Positions 1 through 8,263 of a stretch of DNA of 64,000 bases are shown piece by piece. Source of the stretch: Bacteroidota bacterium (GTDB lineage Bacteria; Bacteroidota; Bacteroidia; AKYH767-A; 2013-40CM-41-45); contig JADJSV010000003.1 of the NCBI GenBank assembly GCA_016711505.1, forward strand, positions 133,165 through 197,164, given 5' to 3'. A model generated the notes under the pieces. That model did no database searches and had not been told where the DNA came from. It was given only the letters and a program-made list of their open reading frames with translations. Within the stretch, counting starts at the first letter, position 1. Every line of letters starts with the position of its first letter. The position numbers and the translations under genes were made by a program.

Positions 1-91
1 TTTGTGCGAAGCTGCTCTGTTGCGAATTGCTTTAATTGCTCCAATTGGCTGAACTGCATCTTCTCTTTTAGCGATAATTGTTTTCATCATA
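1..91 (-). CDS. hypothetical protein, 5' end only; the gene runs off the window start
   Basis: The reverse complement of 1..91 starts ATG ATG AAA and reads MMKTIIAKREDAVQPIGAIKAIRNRAASHK with no stop before the window edge. Thirty residues are too few to recognise a family. Confidence 0.3.
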
Positions 92-381
92 AATGGTTTT
101 TGATCTTATGACAATATATACTAATAGAGGTGCCTCTTGTTTTTAGAATCTGATAGCCTTCTTACAACTGTAAGATTTCATGCTTTTTTATCAAAAAATA
201 TTTTTGTTAAAGCGAAGAATTTTTAAATAGGTAAAAGCTGTTTTTAAAGCAAAAACAAAGAATATTGCTTAAAAAGATCATGTATGTAGTAGAAACTGTG
301 AAAAAACAACAAAATGTATCTAAATAGATTTTCTCGCCGTTAAACCCTTCATAAAATCAATCATAAACTGCCCCGATAATT

Positions 382-1836
382 ATGGAAACATTAAACAAGA
401 CCATCAAAAAATTAAATGACGCTGAGTATCAGGAATTGCTTTCTGCCGTTGCCGGCCGGAAAAACAATAAACCTTACTTAGTATTGGAGTCTGCAAGAAA
501 GAACAATTACGACGAAACGCAGATGATGGAACTTCTTCAGGTTAATCCAAGTACTTACTATACTTTAAAGTCAAGACTGAACGAACGTATCGCTCAATAT
601 CTTGCACAAAATGTTAAGAATCCAATCAGTGCACTTAAAGATAAAGTATCGATGGTGCCTGCAATGGTTTTTGGTAATGACCGCGAAGTTGCAATTCGTG
701 CACTTAAAAATCTGGAGAAACAATTAATAGAGTACGATCTGTCAAACGAATTGATCGTAGTATATAAAGCTCTTGCACGTCTAAGCATGTTCAATGGTGA
801 TTATGATTATTATGAAAAAGAATATAATCGTCACGTCGCTTTCAGCCTGGCAGTGGTTAAAGCAGAAGACTTATTTTATGATTTTGTAAAACGTACAGGA
901 AATTATCTTTTAACAAAAGACGAAAGAGACCGTGAAGCAGTTCAGGCATCTTTGCGTGAATTGACAAACATCTCTGAATTATATCAGGGCCACCGCTTAT
1001 CTGTAATGTACAACATCGTTCGTATCTATTACATGTGTGTCTTTACTAAATCAGAAAACCTTAAATCACTGGAAATAGAAGTTGATACCATTCTTCAGCA
1101 GATCAAAAAGAATTTTGATAAATATGAAATGGACACTTTCTATCAAAGTATTAAATTCTTAGTCGACTATTTATATTTCGAATACTATCAGAAAACAGGA
1201 AATGCAGTTCGTGCAGATCATTACTACCGTCAGATCAATGGTAACGCTCCTGAGATCGCTTTCAAACCGGTATTCAGTTTTTATGTTACACAGTTTTTAC
1301 ATTCTAAAGTTGAACGATTCCTTGTCAATGGAAATGTTCAGGAACTGATCGATCAGAACACTGAACTTGATGCTAACTTCGATACAAACATCAACGAACC
1401 ATATCCTCACGTTTCTTTCCGCAGATTCCTTGCAATAGGTAAATTCTACGAAGGAGATTTCTCGGGTGCCGCGCGTATCCTGAACAATCTGAGAAACGAA
1501 TTGTCGATGAAGAAATTCACGTTCACCGATGTTGAATACAAGTTATTCCAGGCAATGCAATATTGCTACATGGGCGAAGACGGACTTTGCTCTCAATTGC
1601 TTCAATCGGTAAAACGTCAGATCACAGAAGACGAAACGTTATACGAACCGGCTTCTATCTTCATCAAGATGTTGAAAGCAGCTATCAAGCCCGAAGAGTT
1701 CCGTAAAAAAGTTAAAAAGCTGAATGAGATCTATGATGCATTCCAGAAAGCAAACCAAGGTCCCGGCCGTATGTTATGGTATGTAAAATTGGATGATGCT
1801 ATGATCCGTAAGATGGCGAATCCGATTAAGGATTGA
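382..1836 (+). CDS. hypothetical cytoplasmic protein, 484 aa, family not recognised
   Basis: A long clean ORF with protein-like composition and no signal peptide. A stem-loop plus T-run follows at 1858..1892. Confidence 0.6.
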   Translation: METLNKTIKKLNDAEYQELLSAVAGRKNNKPYLVLESARKNNYDETQMMELLQVNPSTYYTLKSRLNERIAQYLAQNVKNPISALKDKVSMVPAMVFGNDREVAIRALKNLEKQLIEYDLSNELIVVYKALARLSMFNGDYDYYEKEYNRHVAFSLAVVKAEDLFYDFVKRTGNYLLTKDERDREAVQASLRELTNISELYQGHRLSVMYNIVRIYYMCVFTKSENLKSLEIEVDTILQQIKKNFDKYEMDTFYQSIKFLVDYLYFEYYQKTGNAVRADHYYRQINGNAPEIAFKPVFSFYVTQFLHSKVERFLVNGNVQELIDQNTELDANFDTNINEPYPHVSFRRFLAIGKFYEGDFSGAARILNNLRNELSMKKFTFTDVEYKLFQAMQYCYMGEDGLCSQLLQSVKRQITEDETLYEPASIFIKMLKAAIKPEEFRKKVKKLNEIYDAFQKANQGPGRMLWYVKLDDAMIRKMANPIKD

Positions 1837-1857
1837 TTTTTCGTATTACTTAAATAT

Positions 1858-1892
1858 AAAAAAAGGCTTGCAACATGCAGGCCTTTTTTTTG
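1858..1892. terminator. bidirectional intrinsic terminator between convergent genes
   Basis: An A-run, an imperfect GC stem (ggcttgcaacatgcaggcc) and a T8 run sit between the + gene ending at 1836 and the - gene ending at 1959. Confidence 0.5.
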
Positions 1893-1958
1893 TGTTGATT
1901 TTTTTTATTAACGTTTAATGGGAAATAGTAAAATATTCTTATTCATGAAGTCAATCGA

Positions 1959-3614
1959 TTAACATTTTCCTTGTAAAATTTGGTTTCCTTTAATTAATTG
2001 AATTAAATACATGCCTTTATTCAGTTTGCAATTGATTCTATTTTCATAGGAGTCTAAATTTTTAAAATAAACTTTCTCACCGAGTAAGTTCCAAATACAA
2101 ATCAATCCATCGACCATTTCATTTGAATATTGTAATATAATATTCCCGTCATTTGGATTGGGAAAAATTGAAAAAGAATTTTCGGAATTTATTTCCTCTT
2201 TAATATCAATTGTCGCTGATAATTTTGCCAGGAATAAATCACTAGTTGCTGCCATTCCTGCATTATACAGATTTATAGTATCAATATTAATTGTGTAACT
2301 ATTGAAATCACCTGCAACAAAAATGTTTCCATAAATATCAGAAGACGCACTGGATCCATAATCATCATCAATTCCACCAATATTATCTGCCCAAGTTATT
2401 GTTCCATTGCTTGAATTGAATTTTAAAACATAGGCATTTTCAGAACCAGGAAATGGATTTGTGATAATATTATTTCCAAAATTGATACTCGAGCTATAAA
2501 AGCCGCCAGTAATCCAAATATTACCATTTAGATCATTAAATAAATGTCCTGGAAACTCAGAACTTGTGCCTCCAAAACCTCGTGCCCACACAACATTTCC
2601 TGACCTGTCGAATTTAACAAGAAAAACATCCGCAGCACCATTACATGGTAATGTAATGCTTCCAAAAGTTATTGGCGCCTGATAATATTCACCACATATT
2701 ATAGCATTTCCCATGGCATCCGTTGTTATACTATAACCTACATCTATGTCATTTCCTAGGGCGCCTTTCGCCCAAACTAAACTGCCATTTGATGTGGAAT
2801 ACTTAGCAACAAAAAAATCACTTTCTAATGATGTGTTCGTTAGAGTTTCGCCTTGTAGGGTTATTGATTGACTTCTGAAACTTCCTGTTATATAAACTTC
2901 TCCAAAGCTATTTACACTTATACTCTTGCTTCGATCGTCAGCTAAACCACCTGCGGCAGTTGCCCAAATTGGATTTCCGTTCATATCATACATTGCAACA
3001 AAAAATTCCCATGTGCCACCAGCTCCGGAATTGATCAATGTTGAACCACCAATTGGAAATGAATGACCGGTAAAATTTCCGGTAATAAAAATATTCCCAT
3101 TATTATCAGCAGATATTTCAGTTGTTTCTTCATGGTCAAAAGTTCCGGCGCTTTTGGCCCATAAAAGATTTCCGGAGGAATTATATTTTGCTATGAAAAT
3201 GTCACCACCACCTTGATTTACTAAAGTAATAGTGTCAAATGTTGGATTATAATTGTAAAATGTTCCGACAACAATTAAATCCCCATTTAAATCTAATGCG
3301 ATTGAAGTAATTGAACATTGTGGAGGAATTTTTTTAACCCATTCTGTTGATCCAAGACTATTGAATTTGACAATAAAACTTTGGTTCGAAGTATTGTTAG
3401 TTAACGTGATGGTATCAAAAGTAATAGAGTCGCTTCGGGATACTCCTATCATATACAAATTTCCGTTATTGTCACCCTTTAATCTGGTGCAAAATTCACT
3501 ATTTATACCTCCAAAGGATTTTGCCCATAACCAATCAGAAGTTTGTGAAAACAAATTTTGATTACCTAAAAATATTAACAGAGTGAACCAGAATTTAAAT
3601 TGTTTTGTTTTCAT
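1959..3614 (-). CDS. T9SS cargo protein with SBBP-type beta-propeller repeats and a type A C-terminal sorting domain
   Basis: N-terminal signal peptide MKTKQFKFWFTLLIFLG. Repeated modules of the form GG..D.G.SIA.D.NGNIYITG.F. C-terminus IFPNPNDGNIILQYS...GMYLIQLIKGNQ matches the Por/T9SS CTD pattern. Confidence 0.75.
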   Translation of the reverse strand: MKTKQFKFWFTLLIFLGNQNLFSQTSDWLWAKSFGGINSEFCTRLKGDNNGNLYMIGVSRSDSITFDTITLTNNTSNQSFIVKFNSLGSTEWVKKIPPQCSITSIALDLNGDLIVVGTFYNYNPTFDTITLVNQGGGDIFIAKYNSSGNLLWAKSAGTFDHEETTEISADNNGNIFITGNFTGHSFPIGGSTLINSGAGGTWEFFVAMYDMNGNPIWATAAGGLADDRSKSISVNSFGEVYITGSFRSQSITLQGETLTNTSLESDFFVAKYSTSNGSLVWAKGALGNDIDVGYSITTDAMGNAIICGEYYQAPITFGSITLPCNGAADVFLVKFDRSGNVVWARGFGGTSSEFPGHLFNDLNGNIWITGGFYSSSINFGNNIITNPFPGSENAYVLKFNSSNGTITWADNIGGIDDDYGSSASSDIYGNIFVAGDFNSYTINIDTINLYNAGMAATSDLFLAKLSATIDIKEEINSENSFSIFPNPNDGNIILQYSNEMVDGLICIWNLLGEKVYFKNLDSYENRINCKLNKGMYLIQLIKGNQILQGKC

Positions 3615-3759
3615 AATTTATTTCAAATAATATGGATAAATATATAGAAATAATGGTATTAATAAAATGTTCCAATCAAAGCCCGATAATATTCTTAAAA
3701 GAATTCGATGTTTATAGATGGAATTTTTATTCTGTTATTTTAAAAGCATTGTAAACTGA

Positions 3760-3800
3760 TTTCAAATAAAAAATGCCCCCTGAAATTTCGGAAGGCATTA
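3760..3800 (-). terminator. intrinsic terminator of the response-regulator gene
   Basis: The minus-strand RNA forms aaugcc...ggcauu (3772..3799) followed by UUUUUAUUUG, directly after the stop at 3820. Confidence 0.45.
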
Positions 3801-3819
3801 ATTTATGGGATAATTAAGC

Positions 3820-4230
3820 TTAAAAATTAATCGCCTCCAGATATTTTTCATTCAAAGGCTTATTCACATACTTCACTACATACTGATTAGTAGAAGCGCG
3901 GTTGATGTCTTCCGGACTGATCGATGATGAAAGTACGATAACTTTGCAGCTTGTGCGGATAGATTCAGGAAGCGATTCGTATTCTTCCAGAAAAGCAAAA
4001 CCATCCATTACAGGCATGTTGAGATCCAGAAATATTACCTGCGGTAATACATCAGCATTCTCGCTGTTGTCTCTCAGAAATTGTAATGCTGATTCGCCGC
4101 TGTTTTTAACGATGACCAACTTCGAAAAGGAGTTGGTCGTGATCATACGCTCATTGATAAAATTGTCAATGTCGTTATCATCTATCAGAAGAACACGATC
4201 AAACTTAATGCCTTTGTCAACGTTTTTCAT
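3820..4230 (-). CDS. stand-alone response regulator receiver domain (CheY-like)
   Basis: 136 aa. Contains LLIDDND, the phospho-acceptor context FLDLNMPVMDG, and a conserved K in YVNKPL. No output domain. Confidence 0.8.
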   Translation of the reverse strand: MKNVDKGIKFDRVLLIDDNDIDNFINERMITTNSFSKLVIVKNSGESALQFLRDNSENADVLPQVIFLDLNMPVMDGFAFLEEYESLPESIRTSCKVIVLSSSISPEDINRASTNQYVVKYVNKPLNEKYLEAINF

Positions 4231-4249
4231 GATCTGTATTTAAAAGTAG

Positions 4250-4322
4250 TGGTGATGAATGGAATCGAACCATCGACACAAGGATTTTCAGTCCTTTGCT
4301 CTACCAACTGAGCTACATCACC
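4250..4322 (-). tRNA. tRNA-Phe (GAA)
   Basis: The reverse complement reads GGTGATGTAGCTCAGTTGGTAGAGCAAAGGACTGAAAATCCTTGTGTCGATGGTTCGATTCCATTCATCACCA. It has a 7-bp acceptor stem, the canonical D-loop AGCTCAGTTGGTAGAGC, the anticodon loop CTGAAAA (GAA), and the T-loop GGTTCGATTCC. CCA is not encoded. Confidence 0.88.
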
Positions 4323-4434
4323 TTAATAGGTGGCGCAAAAGTAGAAAAAAATTAAAACTGCCAAAATGTTTTCCCTTTAATTCTAGTAATTCGCACTTAT
4401 TTTCACTCTTTCCCTACATTGCATCAAATTAATT

Positions 4435-5160
4435 GTGATGAATCTAACCATCGACTTGGGGAACTCATTCTGTAAGATTATAATTTTTCAAGACAATGTT
4501 ATTGTGTATAGAGATGTTTGCAAGTCGCTAAGCACTCGCTATTTACAACTTCTTTTTAAGACGTATAAAATTGAATTTGCAATGATTTCTTCTGTCGTTT
4601 CTCTGAAACCGGCGCTCAAAAATCAACTGAAAAAATTCAAAGTCAGAGAGTTTTCAGCCACTGTTAAAATTCCACTAAAAAACTTATACACAACTCCTAA
4701 AACACTCGGTAAAGACCGTCTCGCTAATGCAATTGCCGGAAATTTTCTCTTTCCCGGTGATAATGTGCTCGTTATAGACTCAGGCACTTGTATCAAGTAT
4801 GATTTTGTGAATTCTAAAAAACAATATCTGGGTGGTTCAATCAGTCCGGGCCTCAATATGAGGTTTATAGCTTTGAATAAATTAACAGATCAACTGCCGC
4901 TTGTAGAAATAAACGATTCGGGAAAATTGATCGGCAATTCTACCGTTACAGCAATTCAGTCGGGAGTTTTTAATGGCATGGTTGAAGAAATCAAAGGAAT
5001 TATCAGCCGTTATAAAAGGGAATATGGTCAGCTTAAAGTCATTCTGACCGGTGGAGATGCTCAACGTTTTGCAGGACAACTTAATTTAAGCATCTTTGCC
5101 GCCTCCGATCTAGTAAACATTGGTTTAAATGAAATTATCAAGTACAATCACTCTAAATAA
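4435..5160 (+). CDS. coaX: type III pantothenate kinase
   Basis: N-terminus LTIDLGNSFCKIIIF matches the CoaX/Bvg-accessory-factor fold start. ILTGGDA lies near the C-terminus. Length is about 240 aa. Confidence 0.75.
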   Translation: MMNLTIDLGNSFCKIIIFQDNVIVYRDVCKSLSTRYLQLLFKTYKIEFAMISSVVSLKPALKNQLKKFKVREFSATVKIPLKNLYTTPKTLGKDRLANAIAGNFLFPGDNVLVIDSGTCIKYDFVNSKKQYLGGSISPGLNMRFIALNKLTDQLPLVEINDSGKLIGNSTVTAIQSGVFNGMVEEIKGIISRYKREYGQLKVILTGGDAQRFAGQLNLSIFAASDLVNIGLNEIIKYNHSK

Positions 5161-6619
5161 AAGAACTCTCGTTTTATTCTTCGCGTTGCTTCTTTTAATT
5201 TCTTTCAGTAGCAATGCACAAAATGCCTCGAGCTCGCCTTATTCCCGTTATGGAATTGGTGACATCACAGGGACTACTTTTGCCAGGAATCTTGGTATGG
5301 GTGGACTGGAGATCGGAATGTCGCAACCATTTATGATCAATCCGGGAAATCCTGCTGCTTATTCAAAGATCTGGTACACAACTTTTGATGGCGGTGTTAA
5401 CTACACTCAGACCGAACTCAGCAGTCTTACGGCTAAGCAAAACACACATACTATTTCTCTCGCTTACTTTGATTTTGCATTTCCTGTTATCCCTGATAAC
5501 TGGGCTATCGGATTCGGATTAAAACCATTCTCTAAAGTAGGTTATTCAATTCAGGAAAATAATACAACTCCTTTTGGAGATGAAGAGATTAGAACATATA
5601 AAGGTTCCGGTGGACTAAACAGTTTCCATATGGGAACCGGTAAGAAAATCGGAAAGAAATTATCAGCAGGATTTGATATTGAATATCTGTTTGGTGTGAT
5701 CAACCAGAATCGTACAGTGGAATATCGTTCACCTTACTACATGAACACACTTGATAATTCAAGCACTTCAATTGGTTGGTTTCATTTTAAGTTCGGCTTA
5801 CAATATGCAATGGATAGCTTGAAATTTGCAAAGGCAGATTCAATAGTTATGTATGACAACCAAATTCAGTTACTGACAGATTCTCTGAGTAAGATGATCT
5901 CTTCTGATGCTGCTTCAACTACTTCTTACGACTTAAAGAATTCTATCAATCAGGAAATTGCTCAGGCAACCGACCTCCGTAGTAAAGTTGTAAATCGTAA
6001 AAAGAAAAGTGATTGGAGTCTATTGCTTGGAATTACAGGAAGCCCTGCAGCTGATCTGAGAGCAAGAGCTACACGTACTGTTTCTTCCTTCAGATATTTT
6101 GATGTTAGTTCTGCAAATCAGGTCTTGATCCGGGATACTGCATTCTACAGTTACGGCGATCAGAATAAAGTGAGATTGCCAATGAGTGTTGGTTTTGGTT
6201 TCACTTTGAAGAAAGGCAGTAAATGGTTATTCGGTGTTGATTATTCAGTTCAACAGTGGAGTGAATTCAAATTCCTTGATGCAAAAGATTCTTTGGTCGA
6301 TACATGGAAAGTTGCAGTCGGTGTTCAGTTAACTCCAAACGACCGTGCATTGAGAGGTTACGGAAATTTTGTTTCCTATCGCGCCGGATTCCACTATGAA
6401 CAAACTTATCTGAATGTTGGTTCTGAAAGTATCAAAGATATGGGTGTTTCTCTTGGATTAGGCTTGCCGATCAGAAGAGCCGGAACGCATTTACATATTT
6501 CTGCCGAAGCCGGACAACGTGGTGATGCAAATGTGAATCCGATTCAGGAAAAATATTTCAAGTTTACTTTTGGCTTTACGATCAACGATCGTTGGTTCGT
6601 TAAACAAAAATATGATTAA
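5129..6619 (+). CDS. putative outer-membrane beta-barrel protein; FadL/OmpP1-like assignment is tentative
   Basis: Signal peptide MKLSSTITLNKRTLVLFFALLLLISFSSNAQN. Conserved N-terminal SPYSRYGIGD. Alternating beta-strand pattern and aromatic-rich C-terminus. Overlaps the coaX stop by 32 bp. Confidence 0.55.
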   Translation: MKLSSTITLNKRTLVLFFALLLLISFSSNAQNASSSPYSRYGIGDITGTTFARNLGMGGLEIGMSQPFMINPGNPAAYSKIWYTTFDGGVNYTQTELSSLTAKQNTHTISLAYFDFAFPVIPDNWAIGFGLKPFSKVGYSIQENNTTPFGDEEIRTYKGSGGLNSFHMGTGKKIGKKLSAGFDIEYLFGVINQNRTVEYRSPYYMNTLDNSSTSIGWFHFKFGLQYAMDSLKFAKADSIVMYDNQIQLLTDSLSKMISSDAASTTSYDLKNSINQEIAQATDLRSKVVNRKKKSDWSLLLGITGSPAADLRARATRTVSSFRYFDVSSANQVLIRDTAFYSYGDQNKVRLPMSVGFGFTLKKGSKWLFGVDYSVQQWSEFKFLDAKDSLVDTWKVAVGVQLTPNDRALRGYGNFVSYRAGFHYEQTYLNVGSESIKDMGVSLGLGLPIRRAGTHLHISAEAGQRGDANVNPIQEKYFKFTFGFTINDRWFVKQKYD

Positions 6620-6686
6620 TGAATTCGGCAAAGATCTTTTTCGTTGACTTTGCCAAACTAATTCTAAGCTGCCTTGTTTTCTACTC

Positions 6687-7709
6687 ATGAAATCGAATAA
6701 TAAGCAAATTGCAATCTGGCTTTTTACCGGTTGTTTTTTGATCTTCGGAATGGTTGTCATTGGTGGTATTACCCGCTTAACAGGTTCCGGACTATCAATT
6801 ACAGAATGGAAACCGATCATGGGTGCAATACCGCCTCTCAATGATGCTGAATGGGATATCGCCTTCCAGAAATATCAGCAGATCCCGCAATTTCAAAAAA
6901 TAAATTATCATTTCGAGCTCTCAGATTTCAAAACAATTTTCTGGTGGGAATTTATTCATCGTCTGTTAGGCAGATTGATCGGAATTGTTTTTATCATTCC
7001 TTTCCTCTGGTTTTTGGTAAAGAAAAAATTTGATTCGGTTACAATTAAAAAAATGCTCTTCCTTTTTCTTCTGGGAGGGATTCAGGGATTTTTAGGATGG
7101 TTCATGGTAAGCAGTGGGCTCGCAGAGCGAACAAGTGTTAGCCATATCCGGCTTGCTATCCATCTGATGTTTGCATTCATCACATTTGCCTTTACATTTT
7201 ACTATGGCTTGGAACTTATTTACAGTGAGAAAAAAGAAACAGTCCCAAACAAAAAACTTTCAGCATTAAACAAGTTAGTCTTTGTTGTTTTGTCGATACA
7301 GATAATCTACGGCGCATTCGTTGCCGGACTCCACGCCGGAAAAATTCACAATACATTTCCATTAATGAGCGGACAGGTTATTCCAACAGGAATGAATGCA
7401 ATGCAACCAACATGGTTAAACATTTTTGATAATCCTGTAACAGTTCAGTTCATTCACAGATTTCTTGCATTCACACTACTTTTTCTTGTAGCATGGTTTT
7501 ATGTAGAATCAGGAAAAGAAAAGTTGAACAATTTTCAGAAAAAAGGAATTCACATTCTCATTGCAGCAATTGGAATTCAGTTTTTACTTGGAGTGATTAC
7601 CGTTCTTACGCAGGCCAATATTGTAATGGCTTCTGTTCATCAGATCGGAGCATTCTTCCTTTTCAGCGCAAGTATCTATTTGTTGTTTCATTTCAGAAAA
7701 GCTGCATAA
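6687..7709 (+). CDS. ctaA: heme A synthase (COX15/CtaA family)
   Basis: Polytopic membrane protein with paired His motifs FIHRLLGR and FIHRFLAF typical of CtaA/COX15. 340 aa. Confidence 0.75.
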   Translation: MKSNNKQIAIWLFTGCFLIFGMVVIGGITRLTGSGLSITEWKPIMGAIPPLNDAEWDIAFQKYQQIPQFQKINYHFELSDFKTIFWWEFIHRLLGRLIGIVFIIPFLWFLVKKKFDSVTIKKMLFLFLLGGIQGFLGWFMVSSGLAERTSVSHIRLAIHLMFAFITFAFTFYYGLELIYSEKKETVPNKKLSALNKLVFVVLSIQIIYGAFVAGLHAGKIHNTFPLMSGQVIPTGMNAMQPTWLNIFDNPVTVQFIHRFLAFTLLFLVAWFYVESGKEKLNNFQKKGIHILIAAIGIQFLLGVITVLTQANIVMASVHQIGAFFLFSASIYLLFHFRKAA

Positions 7710-7711
7710 TA

Positions 7712-7760
7712 AAAAAAATATTTTGCACGGCCCTTAAGGGCCGTGCAAAATATTTTTTTT
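7712..7760. terminator. strong intrinsic terminator after ctaA
   Basis: Perfect palindrome aatattttgcacggccc-ttaa-gggccgtgcaaaatatt at 7716..7754, flanked by an A8 run upstream and a T8 run downstream. Confidence 0.7.
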
Positions 7761-7821
7761 ATTTCCATGTAAATGTCTCTACCAGATGCTTCACATCCTC
7801 TTCAACAAATGTCAGTACCGG
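7759..7821 (-). pseudogene. orphan duplicate of the last 63 bp of gldD, including its stop codon
   Basis: Shares 55 of 63 bases with 8264..8326. The minus-strand translation PVLTFVEEDVKHLVETFTWK* compares with PVLTFVEEDVKHLVSTFEWK* for the real end. No upstream ORF continues from it. Confidence 0.55.
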
Positions 7822-7829
7822 CCTTTGAC

Positions 7830-7861
7830 GTTGGGGTGTAGTCTGCAGGCTACACCCCAAC
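7830..7861. repeat. perfect 12-bp-stem hairpin gttggggtgtag/ctacaccccaac
   Basis: An inverted repeat with an 8-nt loop, inside the block between the gldD-end duplicate and the real gldD end. Confidence 0.5.
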
Positions 7862-8047
7862 GTATTTGATAGATTTGACATTTTTCCTAATCACGATTCC
7901 AATAAATTAAGGTTCGGCCCTGGTAATCTTCAAATTGCATTTTAGATCTTCCAAGAAGATTCCTGACATAATTATGAAGCGTCATTGTTGAATAGCCAAC
8001 TGAAATTTTAAATCCCACGCAATTTGAAACTAATATAATTTTCCAGA

Positions 8048-8128
8048 CTACCGACCCTGAAAGGGTCGCATATTTGTAGAAAAAGGCAAACCCCCACAAC
8101 CCCGACCTCGAAGAGGTCGCATATGATG
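8048..8128. repeat. double-hairpin intergenic repeat element, copy 1
   Basis: Reads GACCCTGAAAGGGTC-GCATAT, a spacer, then CGACCTCGAAGAGGTCG-CATATGA. A second copy with about 85% identity lies at 63783..63864. Confidence 0.6.
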
Positions 8129-8263
8129 ACGGATTAACATATATTCAGAGGAAATAAATTGATATGAAATATCAAATAGAATAAAATGGGATAACAAAAT
8201 TTAAATTTTTAGTAACGTCGCCGGAAAATATTGTGATAAAAAAATATTCTTTTCTTACTAAAG

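Noticed and set aside
3902-4243. 113-aa + strand ORF antisense to the response-regulator gene
   Set aside because: It is fully embedded antisense to a gene with clear receiver-domain motifs.
7493-7828. 111-aa ORF spanning the ctaA 3' end, the palindromic terminator and the gldD-end duplicate
   Set aside because: It runs through a perfect 17-bp-arm palindrome and is out of frame with ctaA. It is the antisense/read-through of real features.
7887-8099. 70-aa minus-strand ORF inside the block between the gldD duplicate and the real gldD end
   Set aside because: It has no signal or motif, overlaps the double-hairpin repeat, and is AT-rich. It is probably non-coding, although it could be a remnant of whatever inserted here.
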